Shown here: positions 24,766-37,237 of the stretch, one piece after another
How the letters are laid out: every line of letters begins with the position of its first letter
Numbering within the stretch: position 1 is the stretch's first letter
Origin: Podarcis vaucheri
Taxonomy: Eukaryota
NCBI GenBank assembly: GCA_965113315.1
Contig: OZ220370.1
Length of the DNA: 64,000 nucleotides
Strand: one strand, 5' to 3'
Position numbers and translations under genes: made by a program
Notes under the pieces: model-generated
Databases searched by the model: none
What the model was told of the DNA's origin: nothing
The model's input: only the letters and a program-made list of their open reading frames with translations

Positions 24766-27427
24766 TAGAAAAACTTCAAATAAATATTCAAATAATTCAT
24801 CCTAAGTTCTTCTTTTCCTGTTAAGACCTTCCAGAGAGTTCCTCTTCGATCCTAAGGCTTCTGTTTGAGGAGGTGAGATTTCTGCCAATTCCTTTCCTGC
24901 TGCACTACATGTTATTGTGTACCTAAAGGTCCCCCAACCCCCAGGAGCATATTTTAAAGTGCTTCAGGGGGCTATGGAGGAAAGTGGAAAGGTGCGCAGA
25001 ACGGGTGCCTGTATGTTCCTTTTAAGCATCAATGTTGGCTACTGTTGGTTGTGGCATGCATAGCTATTGAGCACCATGTGGGGTGGCGTGGACTTTTCTT
25101 CCAGATTTCACTGTAACATAAGCTATCACAAAACTGTTTTGGGTGCATTAATCAATATACCTTCTGAACTGCTTTCAAATCTGGCATTAGTGCACTTTTC
25201 TCTCTCATATAGCCTATCACAGAATGTTTGACAGGACTTCATGACATGCCCAAAAAGCGGGGATAGGTTAAACAGAGATGGGAACTGCTTTTGGAATACC
25301 TTGCAGCAGTAGTGGATTAATCCTTTCCTAGTCCTTGCAAAAAAATAATGCCTCTACTTGTGTACATGAAAGAGCAAGGCGGAACAAGAAAACCAGTGGG
25401 GAGATCAGTTTCTCTACCCTGTCTAAGATAATGATACTTAAAAGCAAAGGGTTTTCGGGAGATGCAAAAATGCAAAGTGTCACACTGCTGCTCCATCCAG
25501 AGCAGTAGTTATGGGCTGCTTCTCCCATGACGAGGATCTGTTGAAGGGCCTGAGATAGTTTGCTCCCTTGGTCCCACCAGGCTTCATCTTCCTTGGTTCT
25601 TAATGGAGTCATGCTTTAATGTCTAGAGTATGGCTGTTCTACCTCCCTCCCCAGCCCACCCAATTACTTCTGGAGGTCCCCTAGCTGTTCTATTGTTTTG
25701 TTCTGACTACTCAGAAGTATGGCTGTCACAAGAGAATCTAATCCCTCTTGGCTGTGTGGGCCACTGTGTGTAAAGTTGTGGGCCATGACACATCAGCAGG
25801 GGTGGGTAAGTGGCACCACCATAATCCAGTGGGAGGCTGGGGCTGGCAGCTGGCCAGACACATGATCCGTTATACATGAAACTAGAGAGAGGGAGAATTG
25901 CAGAAAGATGAATCTAAGGATGCATTTGCAGCACATCATGTCTCATCATCCAATTACTCAACACTGATTGAAAGGTTCGGAGTTCATCACATGAATTGCC
26001 AGAACAGAGAAGAGCACTGTGAACTATGCTAAGTTATATTATCTCTCCCTGAAATGTTTCATTGCACAGGCAAGCTAGAACAAGACATTACAATGATCAA
26101 ATGACGAACATGCATGTGTGAACTCAGCTTTTGTGATGCTGTATTTTTTTTCAGGAGTTCTAAGGAGTTAGACAGCTTTAGCAGATGAGTTGACATTTCC
26201 ATACTTAATGGGCCTCATTCCAGCCTAAACGGAAGTAAGAGTGGCTGGAAGTGATAACCAGAAGATACAAAACTCTGTCAACAGTGCTCCAGTTCTTCTT
26301 GCAAATATCCTTAAAGATGGGCTTATTTGAAAATGATATAAAAGTATTTACATGACACTTTGATTCCGATTCCAAAAGAGGAATACAGTCTTGTGTGTGA
26401 TACAAAGCATTTTTAAGTATGAATGTGTGGATGTTAGAATTAATTCCAAGTTCAGTTTTCACTTTTGTGCTGACTAAAGACTACTGGGCCCAGTCAGTAA
26501 TGAGCTCTTACAATTTTCTGCAGTGTCTAGGATTCTAAGAAGTTAAAACCAAAATAGTGCTCCTAATGAAAGCTAAGCAATATAACCTAACGGATATTGA
26601 TGGATTGTATTATTATGTAGCTGATCAACCTTATTCATTCACGCCACCATTTGTTGCAACCTGCAAGAAACATCAAATTATTTGGACCTTTAGTGAAATA
26701 ATTTACTGTACAGCATTTACCAACATAGTGTTACACCACCCCAAATCTCTGCCAAGCGGTAGCAAGATTCCAGGGAGTTCTAGCTGCTCACCCAAAATCA
26801 AGGCACAGCAGAGACTAGTCTCTTTAAGAAATATGGTTTCTTTTACACATATTTAAAGCTAAAGCCTTTAATGGAGGGGGTGCAGAACATTACACCTGAA
26901 GAGCATCCCTCGTTGCTCCTCTCATAGCTTCAGCAAGTTTGGTGTTAAACAGCAGCCAGTTACGACCTCTGGCCTCTGAGTCTAAAGTAGTACTACACAG
27001 ATGCATCTCAGTGAGGGCTAGGCCAGTGAGATTTCTCTTTCAGATGGTATGGATATAGATCAGTGAGAGAGGAAATTCAAGGATTTATGCAGAACACATC
27101 AGAAGCAGCCTCTGGAATATCCCTTCCCACAACAAGATAACCTGCATACACAAAAATTTTCTGAAGTACAGGTGGCAACCATTTTAAGTGCATCCAATTA
27201 ATGTGCAATGGCCGACACGTGGGTCCTTTTGGACCCAGAAGAAGGCAGAATGGGGGTGTAACAGGGAGCACTTATACACGTTCTGCCGACACACGCACGG
27301 CCAGGAATGAAACCCCCATGTGAAATGGTCACTGCCTGTACAAAAATGAACGATCTTTTCTGAATAATGCAAAGAGAAGTAACAGTGTTTTCCTGTATCT
27401 AAATGAATTCACAGAGAGGAGATTCAC

Positions 27428-27568
27428 TGCTGGCCACATGACCCAGAAAGCAGTCTGTGGATAAACGCCGGCTCCCTTGGCCTGAAAAACAAGGTGTGCA
27501 CCGTACCGCACAGTCACTTTTGACTGGACTTCACCGTCCAGGGGTCCTTTACCTTATTTACCTTTACC
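27428..27568 (+). mobile_element. Sauria SINE (Squam1) 3' portion
   Basis: tgctggccacatgaccc...acgccggctcccttggcc...gactggact...caggggtcctttacc tail. Confidence 0.88.
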
Positions 27569-27764
27569 TATAAACAAGCCCCTGATGGAGCAGTCAGAGA
27601 TAGGGATAACATCCCTGCCCTGGAATCCCAGCATATGCCACATTTGCATTTCTTCTGTAAAGTGTATTAAGAAGAGACACAGCAACTGCCCCAAGGCCAC
27701 CAAATGAATTTCACGACACTCTTCATGTAGATTAGATAAAATCTTGGAAGTTAAGGGCACCAGT

Positions 27765-27950
27765 GGCTAATAGCTATGTTCTACTTCCAGTGAGGGAGGC
27801 AGCATGTCTCTAAATACAAGTTGCCAGGACTCAGAAAAGTGGAGAGTGCTGCTGCACTCATGTCCAGCTTTCAGGATTCCCATAGGTAACTGGTTGATTG
27901 CTACGAAAACAGGATCCTGCACTCAATTGACTTTTGGCCCAATATTCTTA
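27765..27950 (+). mobile_element. Degraded CR1 3'UTR
   Basis: ggaggcagcatgtctctaaatacaagttgc...gagagtgctgctgcactca...ttcccatagg...ctggttg...aacaggat. Confidence 0.55.
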
Positions 27951-28169
27951 TTTTCACTGGCTTTCTCAATGAGCATAAATGACATTATGCAAAAGAAAAC
28001 CTTTGGATTCAGCCTTGAAAGGGAAATTATCATCCATGCTAGCAACTATCATTAGAACTTTGTACATGGTCTGGTCCAATGTACCTGAAAAACTCATTTC
28101 CTTTCCAGCTCCAGGTAACACCCCACTTTTAATTATTAATTACATCTGCTAGGACACAGTGCAGGATAT

Positions 28170-28470
28170 TTTTCATTGTGATTCCACAACTATGGAACTC
28201 CACTGCCCAGAAGTGCCATGAAATGATGAATGACAGCATTGAGGAGGCAGGTGTAAAACATTCTGTTTTCACAGGCATTTACTGTGGTTTCTTTTGAAAT
28301 GTTTTGGATATACTTTGAAATTCTTGGCTAATCTTGGTCTTTTTTATAGCCCATGTCTTTCATTGTCATTTCTAGTTTATCACCATTATCTGTGCTGACT
28401 TTGATTTAGTGCAAGCTGCCTTGAGTTGTATAGAAAAGTGAGGTATCAATAAAAAGTATGATAAATGTTA
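28170..28470 (+). mobile_element. Degraded L2-like 3' end
   Basis: tggaactccactgcc...ggcaggtgtaaaacattctgttttcacaggcattt...gcaagctgccttgag...aataaa. Confidence 0.55.
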
Positions 28471-30869
28471 GAAACTAAAACTTGAAACACCAAACCATGA
28501 ACTTAGAATTGTTTCCTTGTTGTTTGCAAGAACTTTACAATACTGTGCTGATTTTATGAGAACACGAAGACAAAAGGCAGACAGAGGCACTGAATTCAAA
28601 TGAGAAACAGTTTTAAGTATAAATGTCAGGGAACTGTTTATTCTTCTCCTTTTTAATTCCAGAAGTATAGAGTTTCGAATTTTCAAGTCACATATTTAAG
28701 CCAGAACACTTGTCAATGAAAAAGAAAAAGTTGGAGAGAGGAGAGAGAAAATAAATAGATGTCACATTAAATTAATGTTTGTTTCCATCACTGGAAACAT
28801 TATTTAAATAATCAGTTTAGGAAATTAAAACTATTGGCAGTAGCAACAGTGTACAGAGAGATGACCCCTCTAGCCACAGATGTCAGCTTTGGCTTTGGGA
28901 TCAGAAACTGCCTATGGGCTCTCTGAAAGCTTATAGCCAACAGGTTTATTACAAGTCAAGGACAAATTAAAATAACAACAAACCAAATACTTCACCCAAC
29001 AGTAGAAAGAAACTATTGGAACACCTCTAGCGAGCATTTGAATGGTGCCTTTGCACATCCATTCCCAGAAAATTACATTATTTCACTAAGTTGAAAATTT
29101 GGGAGGAACTGAAAGTGAACGTAGGTTAAACATTGCCACGTATCAAAACAAGAAAGAGTACACATGACTTATTTGATGAGAAAAAGGTTTTAGGATGAAA
29201 CTATTTATTTATTTACTTTGGGTATGCATTTGTAGAGTGTCACAACAGCTCTATGTTTAAAAGGCCAGAAATGCAATGACTCATCAGAAAATTGCCAGAA
29301 AATAGTTATGTGCTACTGAAAAAACTTTAAAAAAGGAACTTGCATGTGGTAACAGGGCCCACAGAAGAATGTGCAGTTTTCGGTTTAGCAGTGGCTTTCC
29401 CCAAACCAGTGAGATACTTCTCAAAAAGGATTTTATGAGTTCAGCAGGCTATTTGTTCACTTTTGCCCAACAGCAGCTTCCTTGCACAGCACCACAAGGT
29501 TCCATGTGCTGTTTCTTATGATGTCCACCCAGCATGTGCTATTCTGTGTGGTGTCAGCCTGTATTTTGAATAGAACCAAACTCCTGATTCTAGATCACAC
29601 AGGCAAAGAAATGCATTAATTTTCCTCAATGCATTGTGACACCAGTCATCACTCTCATATTCCTTGCACTATCACACAAACATATAACCTTAATAGTAAA
29701 TGCCTTATTCACAAAGCCTTACTGATTACTTTTCTTAAGCACATGAGATTAGAAGGTGCTTTTGATTCGACTTATCAATAACAACACAGAGCGATAAGAC
29801 ACACTCTGTATGGTATACAGAGGCTAAGGTGGACCTAAAACACCATAAACCATTATGCCACACAAAACTATTCTCCCTCTATATTATTAATGTCATGCAA
29901 ATTAGTATGGATAGATTACAGAATATCAGCGTGTTGGACTATAACTGCAATTACATTCACAAGGTAAGAAAAAAAGAGAGTTGAAATTAAATGTGGCTTT
30001 CTTGTATTTCATACCACGTGTTAATTAACTGTCAAACAGCAGTGACATATGCATTTATTATAATGTAACAGTAGAGGGAAGTACATCTTGTTAGCATATT
30101 AGGTGACCATCTCAACACTGTTGCATATTCATATGGCAATAAAATGAACACTCCTTTCACTAAGAGGCAGCAAAGTAATTTCATACTGAATTATCACATA
30201 AAACCTTTCTTTAAGTCCAACCAGCCTATTGCCACATTCTTCTCAGGTATCTTCCAGCGTCTTCTATAATAAATTTCACACTGACATTGAGCTCCAGGAA
30301 CAATCATTCTTTGCATTTTAAGGGGATTTGGAAAACATAATTTCCATTGTAATAAATAAAAGTGATGCACTTGGATTCTCTTGATCCAAATATCCATGGG
30401 GACATAAAACCCTCCCGCAGATAACAGGTGGACATGTAGTACACAGAGAGGTCAGAAAACAAGTTGAAAAAGAAGAATGAAGGATCCTGTCATGACCTGA
30501 GAACCACAAGCAATCATAACATGGAGTCAGAGGCTATAGAATAACCAGCTGAGGAGCCAAACTGGGTAACTGATTCTGAGCCTGGGATTGAAAACCAGGT
30601 GCCCCTAAATCCGGGGCAGGCGCACGCTGAACCAGATGCCATGGTTCCAAGGTGCATATAGCCAGAGTTGAGACCCTCACAGTCACCTTCCCCTGGGCGA
30701 GAGACTCAAGTGCCTCCTAACCTATCTGCTCAAGACATGGATCCAAAAGTTAATTAGGCATTGAACTGGAGGCCTCCTAACCATGCCACCCATTCCCTCA
30801 GGTAACAACCACCAGCTTATTATGACTATTATTCCGGAAATAAGGTCATAGGAGAAACAGTGTTAACAA

Positions 30870-30911
30870 TGCTATCTGAAGAAGTGTGCATGCACACGAA
30901 AGCTCATACCA
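30870..30911 (+). ncRNA. Minimal type I hammerhead ribozyme motif
   Basis: Stem I tgctat/atacca (1 mismatch); core CTGAAGA plus an extra A; stem II GTGTGC-AT-GCACAC; GAAA; palindromic AGCT stem III; cleavage triplet CTC. Confidence 0.7.
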
Positions 30912-30956
30912 GTAACAAACTTAGTTGGTCTCTAAGGTACTGCTGGAAGGAATTTT
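30870..30956 (+). mobile_element. Penelope-like element (PLE) terminal-repeat fragment
   Basis: tatctgaagaagtgtgcatgcacacgaaagctcatacca...ttagttggtctctaaggtactgctggaagg matches the recalled reptilian PLE repeat end. Confidence 0.75.
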
Positions 30957-31118
30957 TTCGTGTATAAGATGCCCCCATGTATAAGACGCCCCCTACTTTT
31001 GGGGACTCCAAATTTAGAAAATGGGCATATGCACTATTCGTGTATAAGACGCCCCCAGATTTTTAAATGTATTTTAAAGTTTTTAAAAAACCTAGTCTTA
31101 TACACGGAAAAGTATGAT
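30952..31118. mobile_element. Tc2/pogo-like MITE lacking its left terminus
   Basis: Three copies of gtgtataagacgccccc-like subterminal repeats; right TIR gtcttatacacggaaaagtatgata. Confidence 0.75.
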
Positions 31119-31851
31119 ATTTTACTTTTAAATTAGGCATTGGCTCCATTGCATTGCAACAGCGACTGAAGCTCATCTTACAAACTTTACATCAAAAACA
31201 TGCCTAGAATATGGGGTTATATTAAAAGTCAATGCTCTTCCCTCAAGTATGCATTTTAATTTCAAAATGGATTTTTCAAAAAAGGATTTATAATACCCCG
31301 TCAACATAACAAAGGCAAGAACTCTGAAGCAAGTAGGATTTCATGGGCTTATATGGAAAGGCATGTATGTATCTTGCAAAAGAAAAGTCATAAAAATGAA
31401 AGTTCATTTCCTAGGGCACTTCAAGTGGATTTCTAAAGGGGATTTCTAAAACTGGAGAAGAAGAAAAATAAAAGTGCAGTCCAATCCTTATATAATACAA
31501 AAAATATTCACTATAATGTTTGCTGTACTTTATAACACAGAAACAGACACCTTCCTATCCCCTGCAGTGATCCTTAGCAGGGAATTGGAGCACAGACTTC
31601 ATTACATCGCATCGATCTTACTAAACAAAGGGATCTGAATTTATTGATCTAGTCCAACTAAACCCTGAACTGTTTGCCAGATCATGCATGATATGCAGTT
31701 CTGGCTTACTCAACAAGAAAGTAACACAACACTTTTTTCTTTCTTTTGCCCTTAGTCAAACCCCGGTGCGTTGTTGTTTTTTAATATAAAGTCAGTGAAA
31801 GATGGAGTGCATCATTAAAAACTGTGCTGGCCTAAGCTCAGGCTTTAATTT

Positions 31852-31988
31852 NNNNNNNNNNNNNNNNNNNNNNNNNNNNNNNNNNNNNNNNNNNNNNNNN
31901 NNNNNNNNNNNNNNNNNNNNNNNNNNNNNNNNNNNNNNNNNNNNNNNNNNNNNNNNNNNNNNNNNNNNNNNNNNNNNNNNNNNNNNNN
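31852..31988. other. Assembly gap (137 N)
   Basis: Run of N. Confidence 1.
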
Positions 31989-32844
31989 CACTAGTGCAAC
32001 ATTACACAAGTGCAACGAAATTGGATGCCATCCCTTAAAAACAACAAAAGCAAAACAACAGCAACAACCAAACAAACCACCTTCCAACCACACCCACACC
32101 CACACCCATCACAAACTCCCAGGTCTCACTATCGAGTTACAGCATTCTGCCTCACAAAATGTCTGTTTCCAGTACTCTACAACTGTGGTCAAGATTCCAG
32201 TGGCAATTATACATTTAATTCTGCTCAACAGCAGAGAAAGTGTCCTCTATATTTCATGACAGGTGTAATAACCTTTAAAAAAAAAGCTCCTAGCAACATA
32301 GTTGTGAAGAGTGCCTCTTCCAAAATAGTACCAGGCTCTATCTTGTATTGGGACCAATCTATGTCAGGAGCTGGAAGAGAAGAGTTGCTACTAATACACT
32401 AGCAATGTACTACCCTTGCCCATCCTTTTCCCTCTATACAGCAATCATGTGAGGCAGGAGATATAAAATGCATGTGAAACAGGGAGCAAAAATGCCATAC
32501 TTCACAGGTCCCTAAAAATAATTGCTGGGTATCCATAATGTGTGGACCCCTGCCCCTTTCTCTTCAGTCTATGTATCCATTGTGACGGCTTACAAGAAGA
32601 GAATTACGTAAGTCAAGAAAATGTGGTGGTCTACAATGAACCTGAAAAGCAGAATACTGTAGTGGTTCACAACACAACATAAAACGAAAGAGAAATTAAC
32701 TGGCATTGCTTTTCATATGGGAGAGAAGTCAATTCTCACTTGCAGCATGCCACCCAAATCTGAGTGGTACAAGAATTCAGGGGTTCCAGGCACTTACTCA
32801 AGAGTTCAGTTTCCTCAGAGTGAAGGACAGTGGAGACTTTTTTT

Positions 32845-32845
<1 letters not shown>

Positions 32846-32894
<49 letters not shown>
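32846..32894. repeat. (CTTT)n microsatellite
   Basis: Direct read. Confidence 0.98.
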
Positions 32895-32895
<1 letters not shown>

Positions 32896-33384
32896 CTTGC
32901 CACCCTTGGGCCAGTCCACTTAATCTCCTGCCCCAAGATGCTGATCATAATCCGACCACAAATCTTTATATTGGAGCACTTTTCCCACAATCAGCTGGCC
33001 CAGTTCACCCAAAAAGACGACCAGGATTCCCCCTCTAAGCTTACTCCAAATAAATCTCATGGGCCCAAACAAATACAAGTAACCCCCCCAGTGGCTCTTG
33101 CCCCCAAAACTCATGGGACTCTGAGTGACCCTGGCTGCTGGGGCCTGCTTAAGGGATGAACCTAGTATAGGGACATGAAAGGTCATTACTGGGTTTTATT
33201 TCACTCAACTCAGCAGATGCTGGCTGCCTCCCTGGTGCATGTACACAGAGCTCCAGCTTTTCCTTCGGGTTTTCCTCTGCCACCATTTCCTCAGGCACTG
33301 GTGCACACTCAGGTGCACAAATTCCTTCTGCTGCTCCTCTTCTTCTGGCATCTCCACAGGCACTGATTCCTCTCGCTCATGCAT

Positions 33385-33385
<1 letters not shown>

Positions 33386-33414
<29 letters not shown>
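33386..33414. repeat. (CA)n microsatellite
   Basis: Direct read. Confidence 0.97.
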
Positions 33415-33417
<3 letters not shown>

Positions 33418-36189
33418 GTGAAGAGCTCTATAAACAGCAGATCTTCATCTCCATCCTCTGAGGCACTTTCCTCCTGCACTCCTCCTTCCACAGCACTCTC
33501 CCAAGGGATAGAGAAACAAATTAGAAACAGCTCCTCAGCCTGCTCACTCTTCTCCCAACACACTTTCCACCTCCTTCGCAAGGCCTTTCCTCCTGCACCG
33601 CTCCCCTCTTCCACAGCAGGCTCCCAGTGAATGGAAAAATCAATCAGAAGACGCAGCACCTCAGCTTCTGCCGGCTTGCCCTTCTCCAAGGCATTGTCTT
33701 GCCCCTTGCCTTTAGCTACTGACTGCATCTCTTCACAGTCCCAGCCCCTTCCACTGCCCATCCACACTCTGGATTTCTTTGGCCACCCGCTCAACATGAG
33801 TGTCTTACAAGCTCAGCTCCTGGGTCACTTTCAACCCCCTGTAGCTGTTAATCTGGCAGGGCCCTCATCTCGCATGGAGTCATGCTTTCCTCTCCACAGA
33901 GGCTTCTCATCTACTCTACTTGAGGCTGCTCTATTTTATCAAACTGCTGGCTCAGCTGAAGCTCCTAGGTAGGATATTATGGATTTATATGGAAAACCAT
34001 GTATATATCCTGCAAAATAAAAGGTCATAAAAATGGGCAAACCTCCACCATCCCCTTACGTGCTGCTACTGATCTTAATACAACTTCCCAGGCAAGATAA
34101 GGTCCAGTAAGTTATAGCAGTTGGGGGGGGGGAGTTGGCGGGGAAACTACTGGTGGGGAGGCCTTGTGGTGATGGGGAGGACAAGTGACAAATGGCCCTG
34201 CAAATATGGGGGATGAGTCCAGTAATAATTCATGTGAACAGGCTTAATTTCTGTCTTCCTTACAGTCTGTATCAACATGAGAATACCCATTTGTACCCAA
34301 CCATCCATTAACCATCCCTAGTTACATTCTACCCTTGCTTAAGAATTAAGATGGTTTACAATAACACATATATTGGTGATACACAACGATGAGCTATGTT
34401 CAGAACAACGAAGTCAAGTCGATTAGCGCAAACTGAATGACATCCAATGTTTTAACACAGTATTATTTAATTTAATGGATTCATTATGTTTTTAGTTACT
34501 GCTAGAATGTGGTTTTATTTTTGTATTATAATCTGTATTTTAAGACACTTTTTTAAAAAAACAACCCATTCAATAGGAAGTTCTAGTAATTTCTGTGTCT
34601 TTTGATGTTAAAGGATGACAAGTCAACAAAAGATCCCATTGTAAATCTAAATGATAGAACTGAACATATAATTATATACACAATGTGAAAACCAACAGTT
34701 TTACACAGAAATTTTGTGAACACATACTCTGGCTCTCCTACATTTTTGCTAAGATTATAATAAGCCAGTGATTCGTGAAAAATCTGCATATTTAAATAAA
34801 AGATTTTATTTTTAAAGCCACTATTCACAAGAGATTATGCCCCGAAATGCAAATTAGGCATTCCATTTTGGCAACTATAACCATGATTTAAGGAGCCATT
34901 TGGCACCTACCTCATAAAAGTGAGTTTCTAATACTGCATGTCATAGAACACTACTGTTTCCCATTTTAGAAATGTTTTTAAATTAAAAACTTCGCAAGCA
35001 ACTCATATTGATATAAAGCAGTTAGGTGATTATTAATCATTGTTCACTCATCTGAATGAAACTCAAAAAAGCAATGATGTCTGTCTGCTTTCGCAACACA
35101 AATTCACTTGGGCAACTGGATTTTTCTCTTCTTCCCTCTCCAGTCCCCACAAAATCTGCTCTAGAGGGTCCCCCAATCCTCTGGAACAGATCTAGGGGTG
35201 GGAAGAGGATTCCAAAGGGGTGGAGATAAAGGAGAAGTGCTGCTAAATTGAGTGGACACCCACTTACACTATGTGGAATCTTATGCTATAGCAACTTTTC
35301 TAGTATGCTAAAAAAGCATTACAATAACCAATTTGCAGTAACCCAAGCAATATGCATGGCAAATATTTGCAGGGCCACAGCTGTATCAAAGGTAAGCATG
35401 ATGTTATAATTTTATTAATCGAAAGGACTGCACAAAAGCATATCAGAATCTATGATATAGATACCCAATATAGCCACTGGAACTGATGCAAGATTTCTGT
35501 GCAGGAATTCTTCATTGAACTGTATAGAATGTGGTGTTGAAATGGAAAACTTCTTCAATCATGGGATACTTTTAGAACAATAAAACTGCATTAATTCCTA
35601 GCATACCACAAGAGTTGTGGGGGGGGGGGAATCCAACAGGTTATATGTGCTTGTGGAGCACATTTGCTATCAGCAATGAGAAAGCTGTCATAAGCTATAC
35701 TTTGATGAGACAAACTTCCAGGCCTGATCATATGCTGTGGAAGTGATAAGAGCTGGAAAAAACCACTCCTGACCACCAATAGGATGTTGAGTAAAATTCC
35801 TTTCCCAAACAGAGTGATCAGTTAGATGCTTCGAATGCCAGAAAGCCCACCAGTGAAGTACCTAAGATAAAACATTTGACAGCACTTCACTATCAAGAAA
35901 GGAGTTTTTCTAACATCCATCTCCTTAACTTTTATTCACTGCTTTGCAAATTTCAGTTTTATCTCAAAAAGGAAGATCACTATATTTCTGTAGTAATTTT
36001 CAATGTACCTTATATTCAACACATTTTTGTTTAATTCTGAAGGACTTATACCCGTATAAAATCTGAAAACAAATTATCTTTAATTTAAAACATGCTATTA
36101 AAAACATAGAAAGATTTATTAGAAACCATAAAATCACAAGGAGCAGCATAAAAACAAGAGACCTCATGTAGACAAAACAGATAAATTGA

Positions 36190-36480
36190 ATTAAAGGTTC
36201 TAAGAAAATAAGTTCTTCTTCTGACGCCAAAATGACACTGGCGTAGGCACCAAGCAAGTCACCCTGGAGAAAGCAACCTGCTTTGGGGGCACCACCACCG
36301 AGAAGGCTGCTTCCCTGGCAGGCACCTGCTGTACCTACTTCAGATGGGAAAGGAATGTGGATAAAGGCCTTAGTGGAGGATCTTAGAGGATCTTAGTGTA
36401 AGGAGAGGCACACATGGAGACAGGCAATCCTTCAAGGAACTGGTCCCAAAGTGTAAGGGGTTTTGGATAGCTATACCAGT
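36190..36480 (-). mobile_element. Degraded L2 3' fragment
   Basis: ctgacgccaaaatgaca...gtaggcaccaagc...gggggcaccaccaccgagaaggc...ggcaatccttcaagg; same pattern as the 15.3-kb and 47.6-kb L2 copies. Confidence 0.6.
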
Positions 36481-36839
36481 CCTTGCAAATGAATCCAGAA
36501 ATGAAACATAAGCCAGTGCACCTTATGAAGGTCATGTGAAGATTGTAAGTAGATGTAAACCATAAACTACCAGTAATCAAATATAGATATGCAGACTTAA
36601 AACTCACAGATTCATTATTAAACAACAAAAAAGCTCGTTTTAGAGGTAAAATATCTGAGAACAAGCTACCAAGTCGAAAGCACAATGCCTGAGAGCCCAA
36701 GTATGCGTACTGAGAAGTAAGTCCCAACTTCAACTCTATAGAAATGTTTTAGGATCAGGATGTGAGTCGACTATAGAATCATTGCCCATTTTGTGTCTTC
36801 TAACTAGCAGCAAAGTTGAAAAAGAAGTTGTAAGCCTGA

Positions 36840-36849
36840 GATGATAATA

Positions 36850-36893
<44 letters not shown>

Positions 36894-36915
36894 GAAGAAG
36901 AAGAAGAAGAAGAAG
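36840..36915. repeat. Compound (GAT)n(GAA)n microsatellite
   Basis: Direct read; explains the poly-M/poly-K ORF. Confidence 0.98.
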
Positions 36916-37171
36916 ATTGACATACGAGAAATAGGCAGAGTCATCCTTATGTGTTTAGTGAAAGGGGATTGGAAACGGTGGTCACCAGATTTCTATCTTT
37001 CTGCCCCTACTGGCAACCCATTCAGAATTGCAGTAGTGTTTGAAACAGCTGTATTATTGTTTCATCTTCCAGCAACACCCCATATACCAAGGAAATCTAT
37101 TGATTCCCCCCGCACTGGCAAAACAGTATGGCCTACATCTTTGCTTAAGCAACAGCCAGATTCTCGGTTTG

Positions 37172-37237
37172 TCTAAGAGTCTGCCTATTCTATTCTATTC
37201 TGCCTATTCTAAGAGTCTGCCTATTCTATTCTATTCT
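37172..37237. repeat. Local tandem duplication (tctaagagtctgcctattctattctattc x2)
   Basis: Two exact 29-nt copies separated by tgcctat. Confidence 0.9.

Noticed and set aside
30488-30830. Possible solo LTR starting TGTCATGA (similar impressions at 20460-20720 and 44760-45200)
   Set aside because: I could not define a 3' CA end, TSD or partner LTR, so support is too weak to call.
30952-31118. Short direct repeats with spacers resembling a CRISPR array
   Set aside because: Eukaryotic context, irregular spacing, and an inverted terminal copy identify them as MITE subterminal repeats.
31802-32105. ORFs containing X runs
   Set aside because: Artefacts of the assembly gap.
32706-33159. ORFs with FFLS/KKER repeats
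   Set aside because: Translation of the (CTTT)n microsatellite.
36841-37176. ORF with poly-Met/poly-Lys
   Set aside because: Translation of the (GAT)n(GAA)n microsatellite.
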